From the NCBI RefSeq assembly GCF_009914755.1, contig NC_060934.1: a DNA stretch of 64,000 nt, one strand, 5' to 3'. The position numbers and the translations under genes were made by a program. Under the pieces are notes generated by a model, which did not search any database, was not told the origin of the DNA, and saw only the letters and a program-made list of their open reading frames with translations. Of the stretch, positions 39,412-53,425 are shown one piece after another (the first letter of the stretch is position 1; each line of letters opens with the position of its first letter). Origin of the DNA: the human T2T-CHM13v2.0 reference genome, Homo sapiens.

Positions 39412-39816
39412 CTCAGAACATAGGCGAGCCTGGCTTTTGATATTGGATATGGGATACTAGCTGTCAGCACATGGTCAACTGTGCAACCATCGAAGTATCA
39501 GTTTCCTTGGCTGTCAATGGGATTAAACAGCAGTCGCCTTATATAGGTGTTACGAGGATCAGCGAAGATAACATATGTAAAGCATGGAACAAACAGGTTT
39601 TTTTCCTCCAACATGGGTTTAGCTCAGGGTGGAGCTAGTCTCCCACACATTGCTTTTACAATCCTTATATAACCCTGAGCCTCACGGTGTGGTTGTGGAT
39701 CAGGGTCACAGCAAAAGAACAACAATCCAGATGGAAACTTCAATCACAGCTTCTCACTCAAATGTTTAAGGCAGGTCAGAAACTAAGTTCATGCTACCGG
39801 TATTAAGATCTCCTCT

Positions 39817-40119
<303 letters not shown>

Positions 40120-42679
40120 CTATTTCTCTGGTCCCTCCATCTCTCAATCTCCTGGGACTTGTTCACTCTATTGCTCAAATCAAATGCCTCATCCACTCCA
40201 TCCTGATTGCATCTCTACCCCCAGTTCCTTTGCTTCTCCATGCAACACACTACATACACCTTAGCACATTGCCTCAACTCTCTCTACCTCCAAGAAACGT
40301 ATATTTGTATTTTTATAAGAATCTAATCATGTAGTGTATTCCTTTTTTCTTCCAAGAAAGCAGGGTTGGAGACGATGCCAAGACAAAGGGAATTGAGGAG
40401 CAGTGAACTCCCACACATAAATAATTTTTATACCATCTCATAGAGTTAAAACACAAGATTCTTTATTTTCTCAAGTAGTATCCTGGTACATATAGTTTTG
40501 AAATTTCCCAGGAGTTTAAATAAAACATTTTACATGGTCCATAAATTGTGATATTAGCCCGTGGATGGCATGGGAAATGCTATAATTTTTTCCTGGCCAA
40601 CAAAATTATTACTAGCATCATTGCCAACTCAGTACAGTTTATAACCCTCTGTGGATTTTTTTTTTCATTCCAATACTTATTTATATTTTAACAATCATTT
40701 GACCAAAGACTCCTTTTTTTATAAACTTAACTGAAAACATATTTTTCACTCTTGACATAGCCTCGTTGAATTCTAAAGTGGAGCCTGTTTCCACACACTA
40801 TTATAAAATAAGAATATTTACTACTGAATATATCTACTTTGTAGAGGACAAGCTTGAAGACTATAGGAAGTCACAGGAAATTTAGATTTGTTCATTATAA
40901 ATGCTAATTGATGGGGGAGATGATAATAGACCATCTTTGGCATATCTAAGTTAAATAGAAGAAATAGTTCAATAAAAACCAACACCCTACTACTATTTTT
41001 AAATTATTAAACTAAATGGAAGAAATGCCTTGACCTGAATTTCCTGGAGCTCAGTAACTCTGATTTGGCTTCTTGATCCTTCTGTTTCAGGGTGTCAGTC
41101 ATTTCCTAGATTTCTGCCCTCTCATCACCCCTGTGAATGCTGGTCAGCCCCCCACTCACCCTGACTGTGGCCTTCAATCTATCTGACGTGCAATGGGTGA
41201 CTCTCTTCTTTGTTAGCCTCTTTAGTTCTTGCCTCCTCCAATGGCCCCTACCTCCTGCACTTGTTACTATGAGAATTAAGCTTAAATGGATGCTAAAAGT
41301 GAAGATAAAAACACTAGTTACCACTTCACCTAGAACTCTTTGCTTATATCACCAGAGACTTAGAGGAGAGGTGCCCAGGCAGAAAACCCATTCATCTGAG
41401 GACCTGTGACAAGGAACAAGAAAGTGGCTGCTTGAGATGAAGACAAAGATCACACCAAGTTGGGGAAGATGTCATTGCCAAAATTTCTGGCATCCACCAG
41501 GAGGGCGGAGTTGTCCAAATTACAAATCAGAACAATTGAAAATGGAAAGTCTCAATCTTGGGCTTTACCCCAGCTTTGCCCTTGACTTGTGGTGTAACTT
41601 TACATGGAACAGCTTATCCCTCACTGAGTTAGATTGGTAAATCCCAGTGCATTGTATTATTCTTATGTATAGTTGGTAAATGAGAAGTCCCAATGCATTG
41701 TATTATTCTCATTTCTTTTCCCACCATTTGGCCAAAAATGTTACAACCATCCCACCTTCAGCAGGAAGACTGTTAGAAGTGACTATAAATCAGGACAGCC
41801 TCCTGACTAGCAATAGTAAAAGTCAGTTACACGAAGCAGAATCACACAGTCACTAATCGGTGTCAGAAAAACACAGATGTCCTTGGAAATAAAACCATGA
41901 AAAACAACCACCACCCATGAGTCTGTCTGAGTCACAGCACTATGGACAATTCCATATTCTTGTTTACTTGAATTTTTCTAATTTTTTTCTATAGAAACCA
42001 ATGTTACTTGAATAGTAAGAAAACTGGAAATAATTCTTATAGTTTTTATCTTATTTTTTGGATAAATTTGTGATTTTTTAATCACTGTTCTATTCTAAAC
42101 TATATACTATTTTATGTAAACTACTAACATCATTGTTACAACTATTGACAGATGACCTGCTAAGAGCTACTTAATCTTCAGAAATCCAGTAGGTGTGTTA
42201 TCGTGTAACTCAGAAATACAATCGTGATTTTTAGTTAAGAGTTTTTGGAGGGCCTTCTTGTTTGCTACAATTAAAGGCCTGTGTTGTGTTACGACAATGA
42301 TTCTCTCTTTTCAGCAATTCAGGTGTCAAGCAGGGAGCTGAGATGTAATGGTTTCCTTCAGATTTCTCCTAAATGACCTGATTTACTCAAAGAATGAAGA
42401 TATCTGAGAATCCTTGCCTTTCCATTGAGAAGCTTTTAGTTAGTAATTTTTTAAAAAGTAATTTCATTGTTTAAAAATCATCATTGTAATTAAAACAAAT
42501 ATTAACAAAAGGAGTATATGATGAGACAGTTGTCTTAGATTTTATTAGACAATGTACACATTGACCCAAAAGTATCACCACAAATCAAATTTTATAGTGA
42601 CAATGAACTGAAAAAGCTGTTGACTTTACTGCTGTCAGATTTCTGTGAGTTTCAGCTGTAACATGAAGATTTAGAGCAC

Positions 42680-43665
42680 TATGTGCAACTCTGCTCACAA
42701 CAGCCAAGACGTGGAAAGAGCTAAGCGTCAGTTGATGCGCGTGCACACACACACACAATATTATTCAGCCTTTAAACAGAAGGAAATCCTCTCATTTGCA
42801 ACAACATGGATGGCCCTGGAGGACATTATGCTGAGTGAGATAAGCCAGGCACAGAAAGACAATTACTGCATGACCTCACTTACATGTGGAATTTTAAGAA
42901 GTGAAACTTGTAGAAGAAGAGAGCAGATTGGTGGTTACCAGTAGCCGAGGAGTTGGAAAATGGGGAGATGTTGGTCAAAGGACACAACGTTTCAGTTCTA
43001 AGAGGAAGAAGTTTTGGATACCTAAGGTACAGTATGCTGACTATGGTTCATAATACGGCGCTGTATACTTGAGATTTGTTCAAAGAGCAGATCTTAAATG
43101 TTCCAGAAAGAAAGAAAGAAGAAAGGGAGGGAAGGAAGGCAGGAAGATCTGGTACTTGATAGCACAACAGGGTGACTATAGTCAATAATAATTTGTGCAT
43201 TTTTAAATAACTAAAAGACTATAACTGGATTGCTTGTAACACAAAGGTTATTGCTTGAGGGGACAGATTCCCCATTTACACTGACGTGATTATTACACAT
43301 TGTATGCCTGTATCAACGTATCTTATATACCTCATAAACATATATACCTACTATGTACCCACAAAAATAAAAATTAAAAATTGAAAGAATGAAAAAGAAA
43401 AAAAAGAGAAGAGAATGAGAAAAAGAGAGAGAGAGGCAGGAAGGAAGGAAGGGAGGGAGGGAGGGAAGGAAGGAGGGAAAGGAGAGAGAGAGGGAGGGAG
43501 GGAGGGAGGGAGGGAGGGAGGGAAGAAGACTATGTTAGGTGATGGATAAGTTAATTAGCTGGTTTGTGGTAATCATTTCACAGTGTATATGTATATCAAA
43601 TCATCACATTGTACATCTTGAATATATACAATTTTTATTTGTCGATTATACCTCAATAAAGCTAG
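42680..43665 (+). mobile_element. L1MA9/MB-like 3' end with a nested L1MA fragment (~43147-43385) and GA-rich tracts
   Basis: ORF 42681-42944 carries EILSFATTWMALEDIMLSEISQAQKD; the outer L1 resumes at ~43528. Confidence 0.85.
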
Positions 43666-43732
43666 GAAACAGATTGGGACGCTATGGAAGCTGCTGCCCA
43701 CCTAAGACTCTGCACTGGAGGTCGTAACAGCA

Positions 43733-43936
43733 CAGCAGATTCTCAGTTAATGTCTTCAGTAGGTTCTTGGAAACTGCAACTTTAAGCAAAACGATGTATA
43801 ATGAAACCAATTTCTTTCCTCTATCAACAAACCAACGTTGAAGGAGACAGCATTATTCCAGGACCAGCTATACACCGTTTCACTTAAAGTCACTGTTTCA
43901 AAGAATCTACCAAGAATGTTAAATGAGGACCTACTG
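43733..43936. mobile_element. MER6-like (TcMar-Tigger) MITE
   Basis: taggttcttggaaactgcaactttaagcaaaacg / cgtttcacttaaagtcactgtttcaaagaatcta inverted arms; ends gaggacctactg-ta. Confidence 0.8.
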
Positions 43937-44395
43937 TACCCATCTCATAGGGTCACAGGGAAGATCAGCTGCACAATTATGCACATAAGAGCCTAGAAAA
44001 ATGATCGATATGCCCTACAAATGTTATATGAGTAATAGTCATTGTCCTCTTGGGATCACAAAGGTCTGTGAACCTATGTCCTCATATCCTCAACATCCTC
44101 TCCTCACCCTCCCAGCTCAGGCTTAAACCCTAGAAATACGTGTTACAGTGAAGCTGGATAACTCTAACCTCAGAATTATGCGGCCTTAGGCTTACTCATC
44201 CATCCTGAAATCTGTTAGGGCAATCTGGTCCAAGTTTGAACCACAGCCTTATTGCTTTATATAGCAAGCCTAGTACATCTGTAAAATGAGCACAGTCCCT
44301 GGCCTGCAAGGGTGCTTTAAGGCTCCAAGTCAATGTGTGTAAGGATTATAGTGTAAAATTCGGTACATCACAGGTGCTCCATGCATGGTAAATAA

Positions 44396-44722
<327 letters not shown>

Positions 44723-44890
44723 AATAATAGCACTGTTATTACGATTTCTAAAAGCTAAAGGAGGCACTGAGTTAATTGGGGGTTCTTTTGTTTCCCAGAT
44801 TTCCTGCCCTTGATATAGCCATGGAGAGAAAGTGAGAAAAGGGCTCTGAAAACCTTCCAGTTCTTCCCTAGAGGAAATAGCCAGTGAGGA

Positions 44891-45438
44891 CGTCAGAGGT
44901 ATTTGAACCACAGCAACTGCATTTTGAATAGGAGCTGGATAAAATAAGCCTGAAACCTACTGGGCTGCATTCCCAGGTGTTTAAGGCATTCTAAGTCACA
45001 GGATAAGATAGGAGGTCAGCACAAGATACAGGTCATAAAGACCTTGCTGATCAAACAGTTTGCAGTGAGGAAGCCGGCTAAAACCCACCAAAACCAAGAT
45101 GGTGACAAGAGTGACCTCTGTTCATCCTCACCACTATGCTCCCACCAGTGCTATGCCAGTTTACAAATGCCATGACAACGTCAGGAAGTTACCCTATGTG
45201 GCCTAAAAAAGGGGAGGCATGAATAATCCACCCCTTGTTTAGCATATTAAAAAATAACCATAAAAATGGGCAACCAGCAGCCCTCAGGGCTGCTCTATGG
45301 AGTACCCATTCTTTTATTTCTCTACTTTCTTAATAAACTTGCTTTCACTTTATTCTATCAACTTGCCCTGAGTTCCTTCTTGTATAAGATCCAAGAACCC
45401 TCTCTTGGGGTCTGGATTGGGACCCCTTTCCAGTAACA
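44891..45438 (+). mobile_element. Solo LTR, MER41A-like
   Basis: gtcagaggtatttgaacc...gacccctttccagtaaca. Confidence 0.92.
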
Positions 45439-46194
45439 AAGTCTCCCCATTGAAACAGCTAACACTGTAGGAATGTGAGGCGTGTACGTTGGAGTCAGCT
45501 TTCTTGTCTGAGTCCTGGCAGGTTCAGAGACAGGAATGCCCCTGGGGAAAGAGCAACTCGCTACATGTGACCTTTTCTCTCTAGTGGGGAATCGAGACAA
45601 ATACCCAGTTACAGGCTGTGATGTGTGTATTACTACGCATTCCTAGATCTCAAAGCTACCGCTACAAGCTAAACCCCAGACTTGGAGTCTAGCAAAATAA
45701 ATTGTACCCATCGAGGTACCCCTAGGAAGTTACTTTATATGCAATGGTCAGCCTACCTTGTCTAGGCTTCATCGGACTTAATTATTTGATTTATGAATGG
45801 TCAATGTTATTGACCATCCAGCTGCCCATAAACTCTTCCACTTAATAAAACAGTGGCCTATTAGCCTACACGTTCAATAGACAAGCATCGAAGGGAAGCA
45901 GAATCCATGGGGACAACCAAAAAGAGGCAGCCACTCTCCTGGCTCTGTAAGGAACCTCCCAAAGAGGGTAAAGATTTCACTTTTATCTATAGATGCCTTG
46001 TTGGATTTTGCATAAAGAAATTACTAGAGTCACTGAACCATAACTTAGTTCTTCTAAATAGTGGTGAATATTTGAAAGCTTCAAGGACACTGCTAGAAAC
46101 TTTACCAAGTATATACATACCTAGGTAAAAAGAGCATATTCATCCTATAGACTACACAGCATCCCAGCCATACTCCAAATAGTATACATACTAA

Positions 46195-46948
46195 TGAAAA
46201 GAGTCAAACTCTATAAAATATTTGAAGAAATTTATTCTGAGCCAAATATGACTGACCATGGCCCATGACACAGCCCTCTGGACGGCTTGAGAACATGTGC
46301 CCAAGGTGGTTGGGGTGCAGCTTGGCTTCATACATTTTAGGGAGGCATGAGAGATCAAAGACATCTGAGAAATACACTGGTTTGGTCGAGAAGGCTGGAC
46401 AATTCAAAGTAGGAAGCTTCCAGGTTATAGGTAAATTTAAACATTTTCTGGTTGACAATGGGTTAAGTTTATCTAAAGACCTGGGATCAATAGAAAGGAA
46501 ATGTTCAAGTTAAGATAAAGGATTGTGGAGGTTCTTTTGAAGTCTCATAGTGGCTGCCCTTAGAGAAAAAACATGACAAATGTTTTCCCTTCAGACTTTC
46601 AAAAGGTGGTAGACGCTCGGTTAATCTCTTCAGGATTGGGAGGGCCTACAACAAAAAGATCTAGCTGTGTTAATAAAGATTCTTCACAGATGCAAATTTT
46701 CCCCCACAAAGGATGGCTTTGCAGGGCCATTTCAAAATATGGCAAAGAAACATGTTTTGGGATGAAATATTTTCATTTTCTCCTTTGTCACATGTTGTTA
46801 TGCCAGAGTCAGATTCGAAAGTAAATCAATGATATACGGGGTTATACAAAACACATCTGATGAGAATTTATGGTTTGTAGGCCATGACTCCCCAGACCCC
46901 TCAGATATTTGGGCAAGATAGAAAAAAAATCAGAGCTTAGTTCTCACA
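46195..46948 (-). mobile_element. Solo LTR, MER4 family (MER4E-like)
   Basis: tgaaaagagtcaaactctataaaatatttgaag...gagaacatgtgcccaaggtgg...cagagcttagttctcaca. Confidence 0.85.
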
Positions 46949-47503
46949 AAACAATTAATTAATTCCTGTGCTGCTGGATTTGCTACTCCCATTAAAAAGA
47001 ACATGGTTGGAATGGACGCCTTTTGCAAGGCAATAATATTCAGTCCATTGCAAGGAAACTAGGGGTTCTTTAAGATGGTAACCCCAGTATGAGCACGAGG
47101 TCTCTGTGTGTCTACTTTCTTTGAAGATTTGCTGGATCTCACATCTGACAAAAAGATACAACCCTGGGCCATCATCATAATGAAGTGTCCCTCTAGGCTG
47201 GCAGGTTTCTGCACACTCATCCCTTCCACTATAATCAAACTGTAACCTAGGATTTCTCCTTTTGAGCACATACAGCCAAGATCAGAGTTTAATACTTATC
47301 TCTTGCTGTCTCTGAAAAGATTGTGAGTTTGTTCTTGCAATATAAGAGCGCATTAAGAATTCCAGGACTCTTACATTCCTCACTGGAAGCAACGCTTGAG
47401 ACTTGCTTTACAAACCCTACAACAACAGGCAAGCAGAAATCCCATTCCACCTCACTCTGCATGTGGTTGTGAAGAAAGCTCTCTACAAATGGCAGCCTGA
47501 GAA

Positions 47504-48057
47504 TGTTAGAGGTGTATGAACCAGAGTGACTCCATCTTGAATAAGGGCTGGGTAAAACAAGGCTGAGACCTATTGGGCTGCATTCCCAGATGGTTAAGGT
47601 CTTCTAAGTCACAGGATGAGATAGGAGGTTAGCACAAGATACCTTGCTAATAAAACATAAATAAACACCTTGCTAATAAAACAGGTTGCAGTAAAGAAGC
47701 CAACCCAAATCCGCCAAAACCAAGATGGTGATGAGAGTGACCTCTGGTTGTCCTCACTGCTACACTCCCACCAGCGCTGCCATGACAGTTGACAAATGAC
47801 ATGGTAATGTCAGGAAGTTACCCTAGATGGTCTAAAAAGGAAAGGCATGAATAGCATATAATCAAGAAATAACCGTAAGAATGGGCAACCAGCAGCCCTC
47901 AGGGCTGCTCTGTCTATGGAGTAGCCATTCTTTTATTCCTTTACTTTCCTAATAAACTTGCTTTCACTTTAATCTATGAACTTGCTCTGAATTCTTTCTA
48001 GCGCGAGATCCAAGAACCCTCTCTTGGGGTCTGGATCGGGACCCCTTTCCAGTAACA
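47504..48057 (+). mobile_element. Solo LTR, MER41A-like
   Basis: tgttagaggtgtatgaaccagag...acccctttccagtaaca; near-TSD agaa/agag; short internal duplication accttgctaataaaaca. Confidence 0.92.
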
Positions 48058-48728
48058 AGAGCATTCTACTGCACTATGTTCCAGCACCCATGTTGGTAAG
48101 TATTAGCTTTGTTCCTTAATTCATTCAGACCTCTCATTTAAGCCCCCGCGTCTACACAGGTACGTATGAGGGTTGGAAGAATCTGGAAGGAAACAGTTAT
48201 TAGCAAACAAATCCTGGAGTGGGCCAGGCCATGATTGCTCCAGAGTTTGTGTGACCCCAAGCCAGGGCTGAACTGATCTTTAAATGTTATAATCACCTGG
48301 AAGAACTTGATGATCTGTAAGCCACTGAGACATATAAGAGAACTAAAAACTTCTGAGAATGTTTTTTTCCATTTTGCTAAATATTTTTAAAATAATTTTA
48401 TTATTTATGAATTCAATACTCTTGGGTCAATAATATTGACTGTTTGGCATGAATTATCATTTAAACACATAAATAACTTGTACCTTAGTTTGGTTTGCCT
48501 GGCATTGCATAGTTGTTATTCACAGAAAAACTGAGAAAAAATTATAATGCATGCCCACTCAAATGTAAAACTTCTGTAACAAGGAGAGGAGGGAGAAGCC
48601 ATCATACAGATATGTGAGTAGCAACATCTATGTGCTTCCATGTTACAAAAAGAAAGATTATTAAAATTGCTAGAAAGTATAGTTTTACATTTAGCTATGC
48701 AGCTCTTCGATTTATTAAAACATAAATT

Positions 48729-49034
48729 AAATCATCATTCTCAGTAAACTATCGCAAGAACAAAAAACCAAACACCACATATTCTCACTCATAGGTGGGA
48801 ATTGAACAATGAGAACACATGGACACAGGAAGGAGAACATCACACTCTGGGGACTGTTGTGGCATGGGGGGATGGGGGAGGGATAGCATTAGGAGATATA
48901 CCTAATGCTAAATGACGAGTTAATGGGTGCAGCACACCAGCATGGCACAACTATACATATGTAACTAACCTGCACATTGTGCACATGTACCCTAAAACTT
49001 AAAGTATAATAATAATAAAATAAATAAATAAAAA
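48729..49034 (+). mobile_element. Young L1PA (L1PA3-like) 3' end
   Basis: cagtaaactatcgcaagaacaaaaaacc...attaggagatatacctaatgctaaatgacgag...aaacttaaagtataataat; TSD ataaatta. Confidence 0.92.
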
Positions 49035-49539
49035 TAAATTAGTAATTATAAAAAAACTTAGCTTATGTTAAAAGTTCATGGCAGAACGAAAAAAAAAAAA
49101 TAAATGAAATCTCAAGCAACTAGAAGGTTGCTGCATTTCACTTTTGAAAGGTAAAGGTAAATGAAAACAAAGCAATCTTATATCAAGGACTGATTTTTTA
49201 ACACTTACTGTAACATCCAGAAGTATATGTAGATGACACACATTCTGCATATATGGAACTCTCAGCTATATAAGATGGTCTTCAAATATTAAATAACGAC
49301 TGACACAGACCCTTTCAGATTCCTGGGAGTTCCATTAATTTTATGACACCTTGCCAGAGCATTAGGCAAGGTGTTGATACCAACGAATGCCATCAGCACA
49401 TGTGTGTCTCAGGTATGACCCGCTGAGCTCTACAGATCAGTCTGGAAAGGAATAATCCTGCATGTATTTGGTTCAATAGATGCCATATGCTATCATCAAA
49501 AGCTGTGGAAGAAGATGCTTCAGTCTATAGCCAATAAAA

Positions 49540-50430
49540 ATCAATCAACCTAAAGGCAGAAATTCATCAATGTATATAAAAATAAGTAGGTGAAATTGTA
49601 ATAAAGAACTGGATACTTACATAAGTCTCATGGTGTTGCCCAAAAAATTACTTATTCACTCCAAAGGGAGCAATGGTAACTTTACCATGGAGAGAGCTGG
49701 TAGACATCATTTTAACCATGTGAGCAAAGCTACTATCACCAATATTGGGACAAATAGACACATGCTCCCTGATATGATGCATGGAGAAGGACACAACATC
49801 CGCCTTTTCTATTCCTACCATAAATACAGAACCTAAATCTACTTAGGAGGATACATCAGACAAGACAAATAGACATTCCACAAAATAAATGGCCTCTACT
49901 TTTCAAAAATGTCAAGATCAAGATGAAGACAGGCTGAAAAACAGTTCTAGATTAAAGGAAAACAAACTGTGACAAATAAAGACAATATGTGATCTTGGAT
50001 CAGATCATAGACTGAATTAAAAAATGCCTATAAAGAACACTATTGTCACTATTGGAAAAAATTGACTATGGTTGGATTGTGGATTAAATAATAGTACCGT
50101 ATTGTATCAATGTTAAATTTCCTGATTTTTTATCATGACAGCATGATTGTATAAGAGAACATTCATGTTTTATAAAAATATATGCTGAAGTATTTAGTGG
50201 TAAAGGGGTATGGCATCTCCAATTATCTCATATAACCCAGAAAAAAATTAAATGCATATGTACATATAGGTATGTATGTGTGAGTATACACAGACACATA
50301 CACACGTAGAGTAGGCTAAAATGTAAACAATTGGTGATTTGCGGTAAAGGTTACCCTGGAGTTGCTTGTACCAATCTTGACACTTTTCTGTAAGTTTAAA
50401 ATTTCATCAAAATGATATCAAGAAAAAATC
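49540..50430 (+). mobile_element. Old L1 (L1MC/ME-like) 3' UTR
   Basis: ggtaactttaccatggagagagctgg...tatcaatgttaaatttcctg...gctgaagtatttagtggtaaagg. Confidence 0.75.
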
Positions 50431-51527
50431 ATTTCTGGAAAAACTTAATCCACAAATATTTATTTGTATCACAGTGTGTCAGCTGGGCAGAATTTTACAG
50501 TTTCTCTAGTCTGCTCTATCTCTTTCAAAGGATACTGGCTGCCATCTTACTACATTTGGACATAGTCACTTGAGTGGCTACTCTTAGCCAAGTTAATGTA
50601 GGGTATAGCCTTAAAAGGGTGCTTTTCTTGGAGGTCCCAACAAAGACAGACCTCAAGAAACATGAGGAAGTAAACAGTTTATTGGGAGGGAAGGACCAAT
50701 AACTATTCCAGAAAGGTTATAGAACATGAAACATTTTGTTGTTTGAATTGTATGTCCTATTTCAATACATTTGGAAAATTCCCTCCAAAAAAATGCAGCA
50801 CATTTTTTAATAATGTGCATCTGTGAGCTGCCGTCAAATCATTATTGATTTAAAAAATCAGACTAGCTTAAAGCAAGATAGCTCAGTGGTAGCATTAATT
50901 TTTTTTCAGATATGTATATTTTTTTCAGATACAGAGAGATAAACGCTTTTCCCAACATCAAAAAGAGCAAAGCTAAAGCTTAGATTTGTCCACTCCTTTA
51001 TTCACTGAGCATGTTATGATCATTTGCTGGGGGCTCAGCCGACAAGGAAAAAAAAAAAATCACACCTGGAAAAAATTCTTCAAGCCCTTCTATGTGCCAT
51101 TACTCAGCCTTGAACATCCAGTAATTGGCTCTCAAAAAGGCATGTGAAATCCACATGCACAGATCAAAATCTTGATTAATTCCCATGCCCTCCCCGCAAG
51201 CCTGCTCCTCCCTCTGTCTTTCCCATCTCAGAAAAATGGTGACTTCATTTTTCTAGTTGTTCAGGCCCAAAACTCTGTGGACAGTCTTCATTCCATTCTT
51301 TATCACACACCCAGCATCTATTTTGAGAGCAAATTGTCTGTTCTACCTTCAACATATATCCCAAATCTGACCATTTCTTACCACCTCTACTTCTAACTCT
51401 CAGAACTAAGCACCATCCAATCTCACCTGGATTATCAAAATCACCTCCGCCTGGTCTCCCAGCTGTGACCTTACACCCCACGCCTTTGCTCACACAGAGA
51501 CTAGATTTATTTTCAAGGGGAGGTCAG

Positions 51528-51925
51528 TGCATTAGTGTGCTAGGGATGCCCTCACAAAGTACTACAGTCTGGGTGGCTTAAACAACAGAAATTTATTTTC
51601 TCACAGCTCTGGAGGCTGGAAGTCCAAGATAAAGGTGTTTACAAGGTTGATTCCATTCTGAAGCTTCTGTTCCTTGGTGTATAGATGGCCACATTCTCCC
51701 TGAGTCTTCACCTGATTTTTCCTGTGTGTGTGCATACCTACGTGTCCTAATCTCCTTTTATTAGAAGGACACCAGTATTATTGGATTAGAGTCCACCCTC
51801 AGGACTTTATTTTACCTAAATTACCTCTTTAAAGGTCCTATCTCCAAATACAGTCACATTCCAAAGTACTAGGGGATAGGACCTCAGCATATAAACTTTG
51901 GGGAGACACAGTTAACCCTATAACA
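51528..51925 (-). mobile_element. Solo LTR, MLT1A/B-like (MaLR)
   Basis: gggtggcttaaacaacagaaatttattttctcacagctctggaggctggaagtccaagat...ataaca. Confidence 0.88.
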
Positions 51926-52289
51926 GACCACACACTCCTCTTGACAGCTTTCAGTGGTTCCTCTTAACACTCAAAAAAAAAGCCAAAGTTCCTAGAGTGA
52001 CCTACTAGGTCCTACCTAATCTAACCTCCCAGACCACTCTGACCTGTATCACATTATTCTCCTCCTTACTCCCTCAACTCCATCTATGCTTGTCTCTTTG
52101 CTTTCCCAAAATTGTGTGATACACATCCCAGGCCAAGGTTTCTGCACTGCTGGCTCCTTCTGCCTGGATCCCTATTTTTCCCAGATATTCACATGATTTC
52201 GACTTCATTTCCTCTTGGTCTCTGCACATATTATGGTAAGGCCCTCTCCAGTCACTCTCTATATAAGAACAAACAAGCCCCAATGCTTC

Positions 52290-52608
52290 TGAGACAGCCA
52301 GGTTGGAAGGGTTTCCTGGCAGAACCTCTGAACGACCTGCGCCCTGGGGTGGAGCCTTTGGAAGTTCTTTTGCAGCAGGGAGGAGCCCAGCCCCTCCTCT
52401 TCCTGGGTGGTACCTGGAATTCAATCTATGAGGCAGGAAGCCCATTAACAGGACTCTGGCTTTGTGGAGGGTCCATGTTTCCCTTTTTTCCCTTTTTGCC
52501 CAATAAATTCCATTTATTCTCACCCTTCAAAGCATCTGCGAGCCTAATCTATTATGGCCATGTGACAAGAACCCAGCTCTTAGCTGAACTAAGGAAAAAC
52601 TCATAACA
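52290..52608 (+). mobile_element. Solo LTR, MER61 (ERV1)
   Basis: tgagacagccaggttggaaggg...ttagctgaactaaggaaaaactcataaca; near-TSD cttc/ctcc. Confidence 0.82.
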
Positions 52609-53115
52609 CTCCCTACCTGTTTCCTAGTTTATGTTTTTCCATGGCACTTAACACTATCTGACATTACATACATTTACTCATTTACTTCCTTATAATCGTC
52701 TTCCCCCACTCAAATGCAAATTTCTTCTGGCAGAAAAATCGGTCTTTTTTGCTGACAACTTTATCCCCAACACTTAGAACTCTGCTTGGCTCAGAGTAGG
52801 CACTTGGTAAACGTTTATTGTGAGACTAAATAAATGTGTTTATTTTATTGGCTTGCACTCCCAGCTTTGGGATCAATATAAAAATAAGTAGCATATTTCT
52901 GCCTTCAAGTAGAAGAGGTTTTTTTTGTCCTGAGTATTAGTTACCATGGTTTTCTTCTTTTAAAGAAATGCCAAGAAATAATGGAGAAAAGCAAAATTTT
53001 ATTTAGTTCTGCAAGGTAACCAAAGAATATTTTCTAGACTATTAATTCCCTCAAGATAAGGAACAAGTTCTATGACAGCACGTACCTCTTTTTTAAAAAA
53101 AAAAAAAAACTTTTT

Positions 53116-53425
<310 letters not shown>

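Larger units (their letters stand above)
51090..52840 (+). mobile_element. L2 relic with nested MLT1A and MER61 LTRs
   Basis: ttcccatctcagaaaaatgg...ttctaccttcaacatatatcc...tggctcagagtaggcacttggtaaacgtttattg. Confidence 0.78.

Noticed and set aside
38763-39470. F/L/S-rich and K/E/R-rich ORFs
   Set aside because: Translations of low-complexity GA tracts.
41494-41510. CTCF-like ccaccaggagggcgg
   Set aside because: An extra base breaks the core spacing.
41065-42370. Acceptor-like sites (ttctgtttcag ~41090, ttctctcttttcag ~42314) suggesting + strand exons
   Set aside because: No matching donor or coding frame identified; such motifs are common. A lncRNA exon cannot be excluded without RNA data.
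46955-47271. 104-aa and 70-aa - strand ORFs in unique sequence
   Set aside because: No recognisable homology or splice context.
44891-48057. Two MER41 LTRs flanking ~2 kb as a possible provirus
   Set aside because: No primer-binding site, polypurine tract or gag/pol similarity seen between them; the right LTR has its own near-TSD, so these are independent solo LTRs.
52074-52606. 164-aa and 149-aa ORFs
   Set aside because: They span an L2/MER61 junction, so they are repeat-derived chance ORFs.
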